Assembly (NCBI RefSeq): GCF_006345805.1 | Contig: NC_043024.1 | Location: 11,904,001 to 11,968,000 of the forward strand | Source of the DNA: Octopus sinensis | Taxonomy: Eukaryota | DNA: 64,000 nt | Direction of reading: 5' to 3' | Part shown: piece by piece, positions 29,760 to 42,857 of the stretch | Position numbering within the stretch: the stretch's first letter is position 1 | How the letters are laid out: every line of letters begins with the position of its first letter | The notes under the pieces: generated by a model | Seen by the model: only the letters and a program-made list of their open reading frames with translations | Told to the model about the DNA's origin: nothing | Databases searched by the model: none | Made by a program: the position numbers and the translations under genes

Positions 29760-30192
29760 TCTCTTTACTCTTTTACTCTTTTACTTGTTTCAATCATTTG
29801 ACTGTGGCCATGCTGGAGCACTGCCTTTTTAGTCGAGCAAATCGACCCTAGGACTTATTCTTTGTAAGCCTAGTACTTATTCTATCGGTCTCTTTTGCCG
29901 AACCGCTAAGTGACGGGGACGTAAACACAGCAGCATCGGTTGTCAAGCAATGCTAGGGGGACAAACACAGACACACAAACACATACACACACACATACAT
30001 ATATATATATACATATACATATATATAAGGCGTGCTTCTTTCAGTTTCCGTCTACCAAATCCACTCACAAGGCATTGGTCGGCCCGGGGCTATAGCAGAA
30101 GACACTTGCCCAAGATGCCACGCAGTGGGACTGAACCCGGAACCATGTGGTTGGTAAACAAGCTACTTACCACACAGCCACTCTTGCGCCTA
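29760..30192 (-). mobile_element. SINE family A
   Basis: Consensus match. Confidence 0.8.
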
Positions 30193-30547
30193 TCGAAATC
30201 TGTGCCAAAAGGTACACTTTTTTAAATGTAATAAACAGAATAAAAATACCACACATAGTGGCTGTGTGGTGAGGAGTTTGTTTACCAACCACATGGTTCT
30301 GGGTTTTAGCTGAAGAAATCGATCCCAGAACTTCGGTCTCTTTTGCTGAACTGCTAAGTTATGGAGACATAAACACACCAGCATCAGCTGTCAAGCGATG
30401 GTAGGGACACAAATACAGACACACATACATAAATACATACACAAACACACAAATAATATGATAACATAATATGATATAATATAATATAATATAATATAAT
30501 ATATATATATAATATAATATAATATAATATATATAATATAATATATA

Positions 30548-30615
<68 letters not shown>

Positions 30616-30984
30616 ATATATTATATATATATTAATTATAATAAAGGGTTAATTGCAACAAGTTCCTCAAATAGGGTGGGATTTCGTTATTTTCTTTCCC
30701 TTTAACATATACGGGTTACAAATTCTGTTTGTTTGTGGAGACGTTTTAATTAGTAGGAGAAATAGTGATCTATTTGGCTGCTATTTCTAATATTTTCGGT
30801 ATGTGGTTTTGAGCAACTTGTTGCAATTAACCCTTTATTATAATTAATATAATTCTTACCAAATATGGTCCTTTTCCATACCGAAAAATCTACTAGGTGA
30901 AATTTATTAATTTTATAAAATTAATAAATCTACTAGGTGAAATTTATTAATTTTATAAAATTAATTATATTTCACCCTTTTTTG

Positions 30985-31018
<34 letters not shown>

Positions 31019-31252
31019 AAGTGAGATAGGGGTTATGAGTGTAACCCACTATGGGATACCAGTTAGGCTGAAACAGCTGTAAGATCCCTTTTATGTGTAT
31101 TATTTTTATGGTATTATCTTACTTATTGATGTATATTGTTTTATTCTGTTGGATTTGGATGTGCCTATTTAAGTAGTTAATAAATAATATGAAATGGTAA
31201 TATCTGTAAGTCGATGATTGAAAGGAATCTATTCCTCCATTTCCTTATTTGC

Positions 31253-31292
<40 letters not shown>

Positions 31293-31475
31293 AATAATGA
31301 GGGAGATAAATTAATATTAATTTTAATATCAATTTAAAACCAGTAGTCCAGCATGCAAAAAATCTGAGAAGTCAGAGAAAATTCTAATATAGAGTATTTC
31401 CTTGTAGTTTGATCGTTGATGGTCTATTTCTAGCATACGGCCGACTCCCTAGCAGTAAGCCCTGCCAATATATAT

Positions 31476-31539
<64 letters not shown>

Positions 31540-32440
31540 CTGTATGTATAATGACAGGTTTCTTTTCAGTTTCCGTCTATCAAATCCACTCACGAGGCTT
31601 TGGCTGACCTGAGGCTATAGCAGAAGACACTTGCCCAAGGTGACATGCAGTGGGACCGAACCCAGAACCATGTGGCTGGGAAGCAACCTTCTTACCACAC
31701 AGCCATGCCTGCACCTATAATATAATTTGTAACGCATACTGTATATATAACACAAGGACAAGATTATGTACAGATCTACACTGATTGTTACTTCAGTCGC
31801 TGCATCTTTATACAATAAACATGCGTTTACAATCTCTGATTGTGGAGCAAAATGTGTGTGTATGTGTGTTTTGTATGGGTGTGCATCTGTGTATTTGTAT
31901 ATATGCGTATATATTTGCCATTGTAAGATATAAAATGTCGTTTCTAGGTAAATGTTGGAGCAATATAACATGTTTGCCACTTGCATAATTACTGCCTACT
32001 GTAACCCTTCCAGCAACCAGCCAACCAACCGACCAACCACACATCCCATCCCATAAACCTCAAGAATCCAGATGTTACCATTTAAGGTCTATTAGATCCA
32101 ATGATTATTCCGGCTATCTGTATGTAATGAGTCTGCCAGCAGTAGAAAAACTGATTTTATCGGCCTAATCTTACAAACATCTTCTTAGACACAAGTAACG
32201 ACTGGCCTGGACCGCAGTTTTAAAAACCTCAAACTGTTATTTATGACAAATATAAAGAAACAAATCTCTCTGCTTCCTGTTTTTACATCATTCAAAGAAA
32301 ATAGCCAACGATTTGAAGAATATCTAAACCTCTCTGGAAGGTGATGGATTGCTGACGCAAAAGCAGAAAGTCGGAGAGATTTTGTTGTTGTTATTTTGAA
32401 TTTTGTTGTTATTAGTGATGTGATGTAACTGCGACACTGC

Positions 32441-33552
32441 CGGCGAGCTGGCAGAGTCGTTAGCACGTCGGACGAAATGCTTAGCGGTATTTCGTCTGCA
32501 GCTACGTCCTGAGTTCAAATTCCGCCGAAGTCGACTTTACTTTTCATCCTTTCGGGGTCGATTAAATAAGTACCAGTTACGCACTGGGGTCGATGTAATC
32601 GACTTAATCCGTTTGTCTGTCCTTGTTTGTCCCCTCTGTGTTTAGCCCCTTGTGGGTAATAAAGAAATAGGTATTTCGTCTGCCGCTACGTCCTGAGTTC
32701 TAATTCCACCGAGGTCGACTTTGCCTTTCACCCTTTCGGGGTCGATAAATAAAGTACCAGTTAGGCACTGGGGTCGATGTAATCGACTTAATACCTATGT
32801 CTGGTCTTGTTTGTTCCCTCTGTGTTTAGCCCCTTGTGGGTAATAAAGAAATAGGTATTTCGTCTGCCGCTACGTCCTGAGTTCAAATTCCGTCGAGGTC
32901 GACTTTGCCTTTCATCCTTTCGGGGGTCGATTAAATAAGTACCAGTTACGCACTGGGTCGATCCAATCGACTTAATCCATTTGCCTGTCCTTGTTTGAAA
33001 TAGAATTTCATGGAAACCGTTACGTTCTGAGTTCAAATTTCACCGAGGTCGACTTTGCCTTTCATCTTTTTGGGTTCGATAAATTAAGTACCAATCTAAT
33101 CGACATAATCCGTTTGTCTGTCCCTGTTTGTCTTCTCTGTGTTTAGCCCCTTGTGGGTAATAAAGAAATAGGTATTCCGTCTGAGTTCAAATTCTGCCGA
33201 TGTCGACTTTGCCTTTCATCCTTTCGGGGTCGATTAAATAAGTACCAGTTATGCACTGGGGTCGATGTAATTGACTTAATTCCTTTGTCTGTCCCTGTTT
33301 GTCTTCTCTGTGTTTAGCCCCTTGTGGGTAGTAAAGAAATAGATATTTCATCTGTCGCTACGTTCTAAGTTCAAATTTCATCTGTCGCTACGTTCTAAGT
33401 TCAAATTCCGCCGAGGTCGACTTTGCCTCTCATCCTTTCGGGGTCAAGTAAATCAGTACCAGTTTCGCACTGGGGTCGATATAATCAACTTAATCCGTTT
33501 GTCTGCCCTTGTTTGTCCCCTCTATGTGTTTATTCCCTTGTGGGTATTAAAG
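32441..33552 (+). mobile_element. SINE family B multimer (~6 units, some rearranged)
   Basis: Head at 32441, repeated GGTATTTCGTCTGCCGCTACG junctions. Confidence 0.85.
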
Positions 33553-33639
33553 AAGCATATACAATAATAGAAAATGCAGCAGAGGATGTTGTCTTGTGTT
33601 TTAACATTGTGAAGGTATGTGCGTGAGATGGAGATCGAG

Positions 33640-33658
33640 TCTACTACTACGACCACTA

Positions 33659-33752
<94 letters not shown>
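33640..33752. repeat. (CTA)n
   Basis: Direct inspection. Confidence 0.97.
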
Positions 33753-34638
33753 GATGAGGTCAATGGATGGGGTCTATCACTCAAATAGGCCGTGGCAGCT
33801 TTTGAACTCAGAACACAAAGAAAGGGCTATGTTTAGCCCCCTTGTGGGTAATAAAGAAATAAGAAAAAAGAATTTCTTGGAAGCAATGCTGTCCCTTCAT
33901 TTCAGCCATTACAGAAACTGACAACTGACAGAGGAGAAGAACTGCAAACCAAAAACGTACCATGTGGCAGTATGACCCGACTGGACAATGCTGGTCGGCA
34001 GACTGATGCCTGAAGGTCACATCAAGTGACTTCTAGCAGTAGAAGCCTGAACTACAACAAGCTTATCCCACAGTGAACGTTTTCGGTCACTTTTGAGTAC
34101 CTCCTCGTATACTATTAGCAACAACACCAGTGCCGTAGTAACCTATTTCTTTACTACCCACAAGGGGCTAAACACAGAGGGGACAAACAAGGTCAGACAA
34201 ACGGATTAAGTCGATTATATCGACCCCAGTGCGTAACTGGTACTTAATTTATCGACCCCGAAAGGATGAAAGGCAAAGTCGACCTCGGCGGAATTTGAAC
34301 TCAGAACGTAGCGGCAGACGGAATACCTATTTGTGCTGGTGGCATGTGAAAAAAGATTCATTGCCAGTGCCACTGGATTGGCTCCTGTGCAGGTGGCACA
34401 TAAAATGCACCATTTGAGCGTGGCCATTGCCAGTACCGCCTGACTGGCCCTCGTGCCGGTGGCACGTAAAAGCACCCGCTACACTCTCGGAGTGGTTGTC
34501 GTTAGGAAGGGCATCCAGCTGTAGAAACTCTGCCAGATCAAGACTGGAGCCTGGTGCAGCCATCTGGTTCACCAGACCTCAGTCAAATCGTCCAACCCAT
34601 GCCAGCATGGAAAGCGGACGTTAAACGACGACGACGAC

Positions 34639-34677
<39 letters not shown>

Positions 34678-34972
34678 GCAGGTCAAATGACTATGAAAAG
34701 GCATTTTTGTTTTTTTAAAAGTTCTACCTTTTGTTAAATGAGAACTATAGCAATCCCTGATTGCATGATCAATAATCAATCATTTTAAATCTGGAATAAT
34801 TCGATTGTTGGAAGGGACTATCTTTGTGTCAGTAAACCTACATTACTGCTTACCAACCACATGGTTCCGGGTTCAGCCCCACTTCGTGGCACATTGGGCA
34901 AGTGTCTTCTACTATAGACTCAGACTGACCAAAGCCCATGAGTAGATTTGGTAGACGGAAACTAAAAGAAGC

Positions 34973-35003
<31 letters not shown>

Positions 35004-35241
35004 GTGTCTGTGTTTGTCCCCACCAACATCGTTTGACAACCGATGCTGGTGTGTTTACGTCCCCGTATCTTAGCGGTTCGGCAAAAGATACCGATAGAAT
35101 AACTACTAGGCTTACAAAGAATAAGTCCTGGGGGTCGATTTGCTCGAGTAAAGGCGGTGCTCCAGCATGGCCGCAGTCAAATGACTGAAACAAGCAAAAG
35201 AGTGAAAGAGAGTACCATCTCAAATAATGCACAGACTCATT

Positions 35242-35862
35242 GCGCAGGAGTGGCTGTGCGGTAAGTAGCTTGCTTATCAACCACATGGTTCCGGGTTCAG
35301 TCCCGCTGCGTGGCATCTTGGGCAAGTGTCTTCTACTATAGCTTCGGGCCGACCAGAGCCTTGTGAGTGGATTTGGTAGACGGAAACTGTAAGAAGCCTG
35401 TCGTATATATGTATATATATATAATAATTGAGTAGTTGAATGAATTATCTTATTATGGATAATTCGGTTAACCGATACCTGGGTAGAAAATTCACGTCAG
35501 AAAAACACGGTTGAAGCTACATGCCTAGGGCAGAGATCACGTGCTATCGTGTGGAAATTTGTGTGTTTTTTAAATACAAATAAATGAAAGAATGGAGTTG
35601 AACGACGAATTAACAAAATTCCTTTATTTTCGACATATGTTTCGAAGGCTGCATATTCCTAATTTCTAAGGAATAAGGGGTGCATTATGCCGCCTTCTCA
35701 TCAGGAAAAACCGTCACTTAGCGGTTCGGCAAAAGAGACCGATAGAATAAGTACTGGGCTTACAAAAAGAATAAGTCCCGCCCGGGGTCGAGTTACTCGA
35801 TTAAAGGCGGTGCTCCAGCATGGCCGCAGTCAAATGACTGAAACAAGTAAAAGAGTAAAGAG
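35242..35862 (+). mobile_element. SINE family A interrupted by a hammerhead-bearing insert (35423-35710)
   Basis: SINE 5' half ends in (TA)n at ~35422; 3' half resumes CCGTCACTTAGCGG at 35711. Confidence 0.8.
35627..35709 (-). ncRNA. Type I hammerhead ribozyme, canonical core
   Basis: Minus strand: TTTTC-CTGATGA-GAAGGC...GCCTTC-GAAA-C-ATAT-GTC-GAAAA; palindromic ACATATGT stem III. Confidence 0.85.
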
Positions 35863-36728
35863 GTATTGATAGATTCCTCGCTCATCTCGTTTCCATTATA
35901 TCCTAATAAAGTAGAGCTTGTCTCTTCTCATCTCGCTATTAGCTGATATTTTTTTTTGCCTATGACATCTTCTGTTGTGACAAATTAGCAATCAAATAAT
36001 TGGCAAAAGAAAGACATTCCTGATATTAACGATAAAACTGACATCGGCAGATGTGCAATGCGGAATAATAAAGAAGACTTAATTATTCAGAAAGTGAGAG
36101 AAGTCCATGGAAATGGTTGTTTAAAGCAACTTATCTGTAAAACTCAGAATTCGGTGCATTGACTTATGCTTCCCAAGGAGTTGAAAATCAATATTGTAAT
36201 CAAGAGCAATTAACACAACCACACCACTAAACCAAACAAACATGGTACTTAGGCTGCTGTCGTTGGTTTTCTTGTTAGAATCGTTAGCATGCTGGGAAAA
36301 ATACTTAGCGGTCTTTTGTCCACCTTGCTGTTCTGAGTTCAAATTCTGCCAGGGTTAACCTGGTACTGCATCAGGGTATATCATCATCATCATCATCATT
36401 ATTATTATAATTATAATCTTGGATAAATTTTGGAATTGTTTTGAAGAATCCGATAAATGAGTAGTCTTCCGGAATGTGCTGACATTGATTTATACAAACT
36501 GCATCGTATCAAGACAGACTATTTATTAAGTCAACAAATAAGGATATTATAAAGTTTGATTTGGTCAGCCAGACAGACCGCAAGTTTTTGATCTGCATGC
36601 TAAACCTGGATAGGATTCATTGACTGGGCCTGAACTACTGTGGGTCTTTACTAGGGTTTCTTATAAGCGGGACTTAAACCTGTACATTAATCTCCAATAA
36701 AACATTTTATACCTTACATGCCCATAAA

Positions 36729-37083
36729 ATGCCTCGTAGATCTTATTCAGCTATGTTTAAACTTGAAGTTATATCATATGCTGAAGAGCATGGTAGTAGG
36801 GCCGCCGGAAGAAAATTTGATGTTGACGAAAGCAAAGTCAGGTTGTGGAGAAGAAATAAAGATGAAAATAAACAGATACCAAAGATAAAGAAGGCAAGAA
36901 GGCAATAATAAAGGACGTTACTGTATACATTTTTACAAACCAAGGACGTTATATAGACCTCCTTGACACAAGTTAGAGAAGGGGTGCGTATTATACACAA
37001 GGTTTAAGTTTTTCAGAGGTACAGCCCCCTAAAAATCCCCTGCGTATTATACTCAAGGGTGGACTATACTCAAGGATTTACGG
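36729..37083 (+). mobile_element. pogo-family element remnant with Brinker-type DNA-binding domain ORF (36729-36908) and right TIR
   Basis: MPRRSYSAMFKLEVISYAEEHGSRAAGRKFDVDESKVRLWRR (BrkDBD-like, 59 aa) joined to the same right end and TIR as the 25744 MITE. Confidence 0.8.
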
Positions 37084-37607
37084 TATTCTGTGTTCAAACA
37101 ACACTTTGTTCTTCCACTGTTTGAGAGTAGCCCCAAATCTGTGGAATGGAAATGGTTTATTTTCCTATCTTTCTTATTTCAGCTTTGAGACATAGTTAAT
37201 AATGAGTGGTTGTGTGAGAGAGAAATCACTTGGTTTTTTCTTTTATGGTTTGTCTTCTAGTGTAAACTAGATGCATTTGTTTCTCTCTTGCTCTTTCTGT
37301 CTAACATTTATCACAATTGGCATTAAACTGGAAATATAATCAACTTTGTGAGCCAAAGAGTGATTCTTCGGTTAAGGAAGAATATAAACAAAGAAGACAT
37401 CAAGAATTTCTGACCGATAATTTCTGTTGAACTCAGAGTTTAATATTTTGTATCTCTTTAGCAAATCTCATCCTTTCACGAAGTTTAACCAATATAAGGT
37501 TCTATTACTTGAATTTTCAAAGCATTTTCACCCAACCCTTTTTTTTTACAAAAAATAAAGGGGTCTATCAACTCAGAGTTTCTAACAAATTCTTTTTCTT
37601 CTTTCAG

Positions 37608-37805
37608 CCATATTTGCGAAAATACCATCAAGATTGAAAAATCTACAACAGCCAAATGTTCTGAATTCTATACCAAAGTTCTAGAAGGATATTTTCTGAA
37701 TCGGACTGCGTCGGAACTAACAAAAGTCACCACTTCTGAGTTACAAAGGAAACTCCTTCAATGGCAGAAGCTTCCTGCTTCCAGCCCCTTATGCGTTTTC
37801 ACCAA
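37608..37805 (+). CDS. SSPO: Coding exon 2: EMI domain N-part (HICENTIKIEKSTTAKCSEFY...PLCVFT)
   Basis: Polypyrimidine tctttttcttctttcag acceptor, AA|gtaagt donor, 198 nt open, phase 2-2. Confidence 0.85.
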
Positions 37806-37823
37806 GTAAGTCACATCATTTCT

Positions 37824-37857
<34 letters not shown>

Positions 37858-37862
<5 letters not shown>

Positions 37863-38403
37863 TTCTCTTTTACTCGTTTCAGTCATTTGGCTGCGGCCAT
37901 GCTGGAGCACCGCCTTTATAGTCGAGCAAATCGACCCCCAGGACTTATTCTTTGTAAGCCCAGTACTTATTCTACCGGTCTCTTTTGCCGAACCGCTAAG
38001 TGACGGGGACGTAAACACACCAGCATCGGTTGTCAAGCAATGCTGGGGACACAAACACACACACACACACACACACACCACACACACACACACACATATA
38101 TATATACATACATTGGCCGGCTCGCTTAGCCAGCGGGGTGGCGTCATTTGAAGGCTAAAACAATGCTAAGCGCATTGTGACCAGCGATGTGTAGTAACAT
38201 CTGATAGCCTGGTCGGTCACGGTCACGGATATACATACATATATACGACGGGCTTCTTTTCAGTTTCCGTCTACCAAACACTCACAAGGCATTGATCGGC
38301 CCGGGGCTATAGCAGAAGACACTTGCCCAAGGTGCCACGCAGAGGGACTGAACCCGGAACCATGTGGTTGGTTAGCAAGCTACTTACCACACAGCCACTC
38401 CTG
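37858..38403 (-). mobile_element. SINE family A with a nested 115-bp (GGTCAC)n-tailed insert (38114-38228)
   Basis: Consensus match; insert flanked by ATATACATACAT duplication. Confidence 0.78.
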
Positions 38404-39409
38404 ATTTTTTTTTATAAAACTTAAAATATTATTTCGTTTTTGGATTTGGTTTGCACAGGAGTCAGTCCAGCGGCACTGGCAACGATCTCGCTCGAATGTT
38501 TTGTTCCCGTGCCCAGCGGCACAAGTGGCAGTAAAGCGACATTGGTAATGATCACGCTCAAATAGTGCTTTTTACGGGCCCACCGGTACGGAAGCCAGAC
38601 AGCTGCTCTGGCAGTGATCCCGCTTGGATGGTGCCGTTAGCGCTCCATTGGCACAGGTGCCAGCAATCGAATTTGGTATGGTTTATAAATACTGTTGTCA
38701 TTTCAGCTTTGCAATATGGCTGTGAAACTTGAACTCTGTATTGTTGCAACATCCGAAAATTCGAACACTTTCACTCACAAAGAGCTTTATATTCAATCTG
38801 GATCATGATTAGTCACTAATCAATCATTGAACGATATCTGCTGATCATCCACCGATCATCCATCAAATATAAAGAAATGAATCATTGAACGATATCTGCT
38901 GATCATCCACTGATCATCCATCAAAATCTATTCTCTAATCATTCACTGATTACCATCTACAATGACTGACCAGCCACAAAATTACAATTCAACGATAGCA
39001 ACAACAGATCAATCATTTATCTTTAACCTCTGACCAACACGTGATCGTTCATCAAACTATATCATGTGATCTATCATTGTACTCTATCGAGTGATCAGCA
39101 ACAAATCTACCGTCTAGCTATATCCTATATCCTTTCACAGGCCATTATCTACCATTAAGCTTTATCAGCTACTAATCAACCATCAAACTATATCCTCTTC
39201 TGCCTCTCCCACTAATATTACAATTAAATATTATCTTCACTCTTCTCTTTTTTTTTTGCTCTTTAATGTATGTACATCTCCTCCTCACTTTAATCCTCTC
39301 TTTGTCTCCTCTTCCAAAACACTTAGGGAAATTATCGTCTCACTGGTAATGCTGAGTCTCAAGTCCTACCAAGCTATCACCAACCGCCTTTTAAACACTT
39401 AAATTTAAT

Positions 39410-39900
39410 CATCATCATCATTGTTCGACCGTGGTCGAGACAATGGAATTTACCATGCTACGCCAGACTTCACGGTCCATCATGGCATTACGGAGGTCCT
39501 GTTGCTGGATGCCTGTATCCCTGGAGATTACATCAGGGTAGGAGAGTGCGCGCCCTCTGGTATTGCGAGTAGATGGCTTCCAGAGGAGGAGAGTAGAAAT
39601 TACCTCTTTTTCAGCTCTACAACAATGTCCAGCAAACTGGACTCTCCTACCTTTCACAAGAGATGACACGGGTGGTAGTTTCCCATATATTTGCATTTTG
39701 GTTGGATGACGCTTCCACGAGAGATTTTGAGCTCTCATAAGGAGGCGAGTGTAGGTTCCATCCCACCGCCTCTCAAGCTTCTTTGATAACGTCCAGGTTT
39801 CTGAGCCATATAGTAGAATTGGTTCGACTGTGGCTTTGAAGATTTCAAGTTTGAAGTCTCTACTTAGATTTGAATCTCAGGCAAGCCATCTGGGACAGTC
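39410..39900 (-). mobile_element. RTE-clade LINE 3' end, 5'-truncated
   Basis: KATVEPILLYGSETWTLSKKL..GTYTRLLMRAQNLSW..RRVQFAGHC..WR..V, stop, then (GAT)n tail. Confidence 0.85.
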
Positions 39901-40521
39901 TGCAGAAAAGCCCTCCCACTCTATTCTATATTCTTTGGAAGAGTCAGATACATGCCAAGCTAACATAACTTTGCTAATAAATAAAGCAGAAGACATGAGA
40001 TAAAGTTCCTGACTTTTGAAGGCTGTTTTGGAAAGTGGGATTTATGCAGTTGACATTCAACTTGAATACTGTATATTAATAAGGCGGCGAGCTGGCAGAG
40101 ACGTTAGCACGCCGGGCGAAATGCTTAGCGGTATTTCGTCTGCCGCTACATTCTCAGTTCAAATTCAGCCCAGGTTGACTTTGCCTTTCATCCTTTTGGG
40201 GTCGATAAATTAAGCACCAGTTACGCACTGGGGTCGATGTAATCGACTTAATACCTATGTCTGTCCTTGTTTGTCCCCTCTGTGTTTAGCTCCTTGTGGG
40301 TAGTAAAGAAATAGGTATTTCGTTTGTCTTTACGTTCTGAGTTCAAATTCCGCCGAGGTCGACTTTGCCTTTCATCCTTTCGGGGTCGATTAAATAAGTA
40401 CCAGTTACGCACTGGGGTCGATATAATCGACTTAATCCGTCTGTCTGCCCTTGTTTGTCTCCTCTGTGTTTAGCCCCTTGTGGGTAGTAAAGAAATAGGT
40501 ATTTCATCTCTCTTTACATTC

Positions 40522-41320
40522 TGCTGTGTGGACGCCCCAAGACGATGAAGTAGGCTAGCCCAATTCGTAGATATAGGGGGAGAAGCCTAGACGTCAAGAG
40601 AGGCGAGAAGAACCAATGGATTTATGCTATGATTTGTTCGAGGTCCCAGAACCACAAGCAAAAGTGTTCGAGGTCCCAGAACCACAAGCAAAAGTGTTCG
40701 AGGTCCCAGAACCACAAGCAAAAGTGTTCGAGGTCCCAGAACCACAAGCAAAAGTGTTCGAGGTCCCAGAACCACAAGCAAAAGTGTTCGAGGTCTCAGA
40801 ACCACAAGCAAAAGTGTTCGAGGTCCCAGAACCACAAGCAAAAGTGTTCGAGGTCCCAGAACCACAAGCAAAAGTGTTCGAGGTCCCAGAACCACAAGCA
40901 AAAGTGTTCGAGGTCTCAGAACCACAAGCAAAAGTGTTCGAGGTCCCAGAACCACAAGCAAAAGTGTTCGAGGTCCCAGAACCACAAGCAAAAGTGTTCG
41001 AGGTCCCAGAACCACAAGCAAAAGTGTTCGAGGTCTCAGAACCACAAGCAAAAGCAGAACTGTCACGTAGGTCGAACAGGAAGAGAAAACCTACAGAAAT
41101 GATGGAAATTAACGCTAAAAGAAAAAGATATGACAGTTTCTCACCGAGGAAACAGAAAATGATAAATTCGGGTTTAAAAACACTCAAAAGGGGGGGGGGT
41201 GGACGCCCCCAGACGATGAAGTAGGCTAGCCTAATACGTAGATATAGGGGGAGAAGCCTAGACGTCAAGAGAGTAGGAGAGCAGAATTGAGTAGAGGTCA
41301 TCCGAACGTGCGACATAACA
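40522..41320. mobile_element. Probable solo LTR / LTR-like element (799 bp) with internal 30-bp minisatellite
   Basis: TG...CA ends with 5-bp TSD CATTC (alternative parse: 8-bp ACATTCTG); ~75-bp direct repeats at 40528 and 41199. Confidence 0.7.
40636..41054 (+). repeat. 30-bp minisatellite x14 (GTGTTCGAGGTCCCAGAACCACAAGCAAAA)
   Basis: Exact period 30; C>T variant in units 6, 10, 14. Confidence 0.97.
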
Positions 41321-42031
41321 CATTCTGAGTTCAAATTCTGCTGAGGTCGACTTTGCTTTTAATCCTTTCAGGGTCGATAAATTAAGTACCAGTGGTATGC
41401 TGAGGTCGATCTAATTTACTGGCCCATCTCCAAAACTTTCATGCCTTGTCCATAGAGTAGAAGAGAATATTGTGGATTAAAGCGCAGAGACAAACTAACA
41501 AACAAAACAACATGGATGGTGTAGGATCTTTCCAGTTGGTTTCAGTCTTGAAGTGGAAGAACTCAACCATTTTATGCATTTCCTCCACTTCACCACAAGA
41601 GAAGTAGATTGGGCCTTTGAGGAAGAAGAATTTTTGTTACAGTAAAAATATATGTCTTGATGGTAAAGCATTGATAAAATATTAACCACTAGGTGGTTGC
41701 GTCCCAACCATATGGTTCTGGGTTCAGTCCCACCGTGTGGCACCTTGGGTAACTGTCTTCTACTATGGTCTCAGCCTGACGAAAGCTTTGTGAATGGATT
41801 TGGTAGATGGAAACTGAAAGAAGCCCACATATTTCATACTGTCAAGTACAGCGGTATGAAGCAAGCTGTATTGTCACACTCTTTTATGATGAATCCTTTC
41901 AAGTGCGGGTCGTCATGGTTAGATCTGCTTGAAGTAGTTGGCCACAGTTTGGATAAAAAGCACCTTCAACAAAATATTTAACTCTGTTTCATATGTGTGG
42001 ATATGTGGATATTTTCAAAATACCTCACAGC

Positions 42032-42066
<35 letters not shown>

Positions 42067-42357
42067 GTGTGTGTGTGTGTGTATGCATGTGTGTGTGTGT
42101 TTGCTGCCTCCGTAACTTAGCAGTTCAGCAAAACAGACCATAGAATATATATCCGGCTTTACAAAAAAATCACAAGTACTGGGGTTGATCAGTGTGACTA
42201 AAATTCTTGAAGGCGGTGCCCCAGCGTGGCCACAGTCTCAGGAGTGAAACAATTAAAAAATAAACACTAAGTCAGATTATTATTATTTAACCCTTGGCTG
42301 TTCTCGTCCGGTTTTGTGTTTCTCATCAATGATTGTCCTTCTTCCAATATTTTTTAG

Positions 42358-42419
42358 ACACGAACTCAAGAAGACTGAATCATGTTGCGATGGTTTCGAA
42401 GGCGACAAGTGTGAGATCC
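42358..42419 (+). CDS. SSPO: Coding exon 3: EMI C-terminus (HELKKTESCCDGFEGDKCEI)
   Basis: tttttag acceptor, C|gtaagt donor; CCxGxxGxxC EMI signature. Confidence 0.9.
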
Positions 42420-42628
42420 GTAAGTATATCATAATAATAATAAGAAGAAGAGTGAAATTATTGTATACAGTGCTCAGGTGCACCACAACGAGAGGGTCAC
42501 AGTAATTTCTGTCTTCTAGAACACGAATCTAAAATAGGTGGAATGTGTTTGAGAGTGTGTGTAATATGTGTGTGTGTGTGTAAAGTATGTCTGTCTAAGA
42601 TAGATGTATGTCTAGTGCTTGTGTGTGC

Positions 42629-42663
<35 letters not shown>

Positions 42664-42666
42664 TGT

Positions 42667-42706
<40 letters not shown>

Positions 42707-42857
42707 GTGTTACTGTCTCTTTGCCATGACTTTATGTGATAGTTTTAAAAACATGCAGGCAGTGAAATTCCATGCAAAAATGGACATTAAAGCAATGATG
42801 ATATATATATATATATAATATATATATATATATTATATATATATATATATATATTTA

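Larger units (their letters stand above)
40082..41410 (+). mobile_element. SINE family B multimer, last unit split by the LTR-like insertion
   Basis: Unit interrupted at CATTC (40517-21) and resumes at 41321. Confidence 0.8.

Noticed and set aside
34070-34112. Possible minus-strand hammerhead remnant
   Set aside because: Core and stem II too degraded to support
12391-37607. Additional coding exons in the 25-kb intron 1
   Set aside because: None found by eye with convincing splice sites and phase 2-2; exon 1 joins exon 2 in frame. Small exons cannot be excluded without RNA-seq
38820-38930. ~59-bp tandem duplication in (ATC)-rich DNA
   Set aside because: Ordinary local slippage, no further structure
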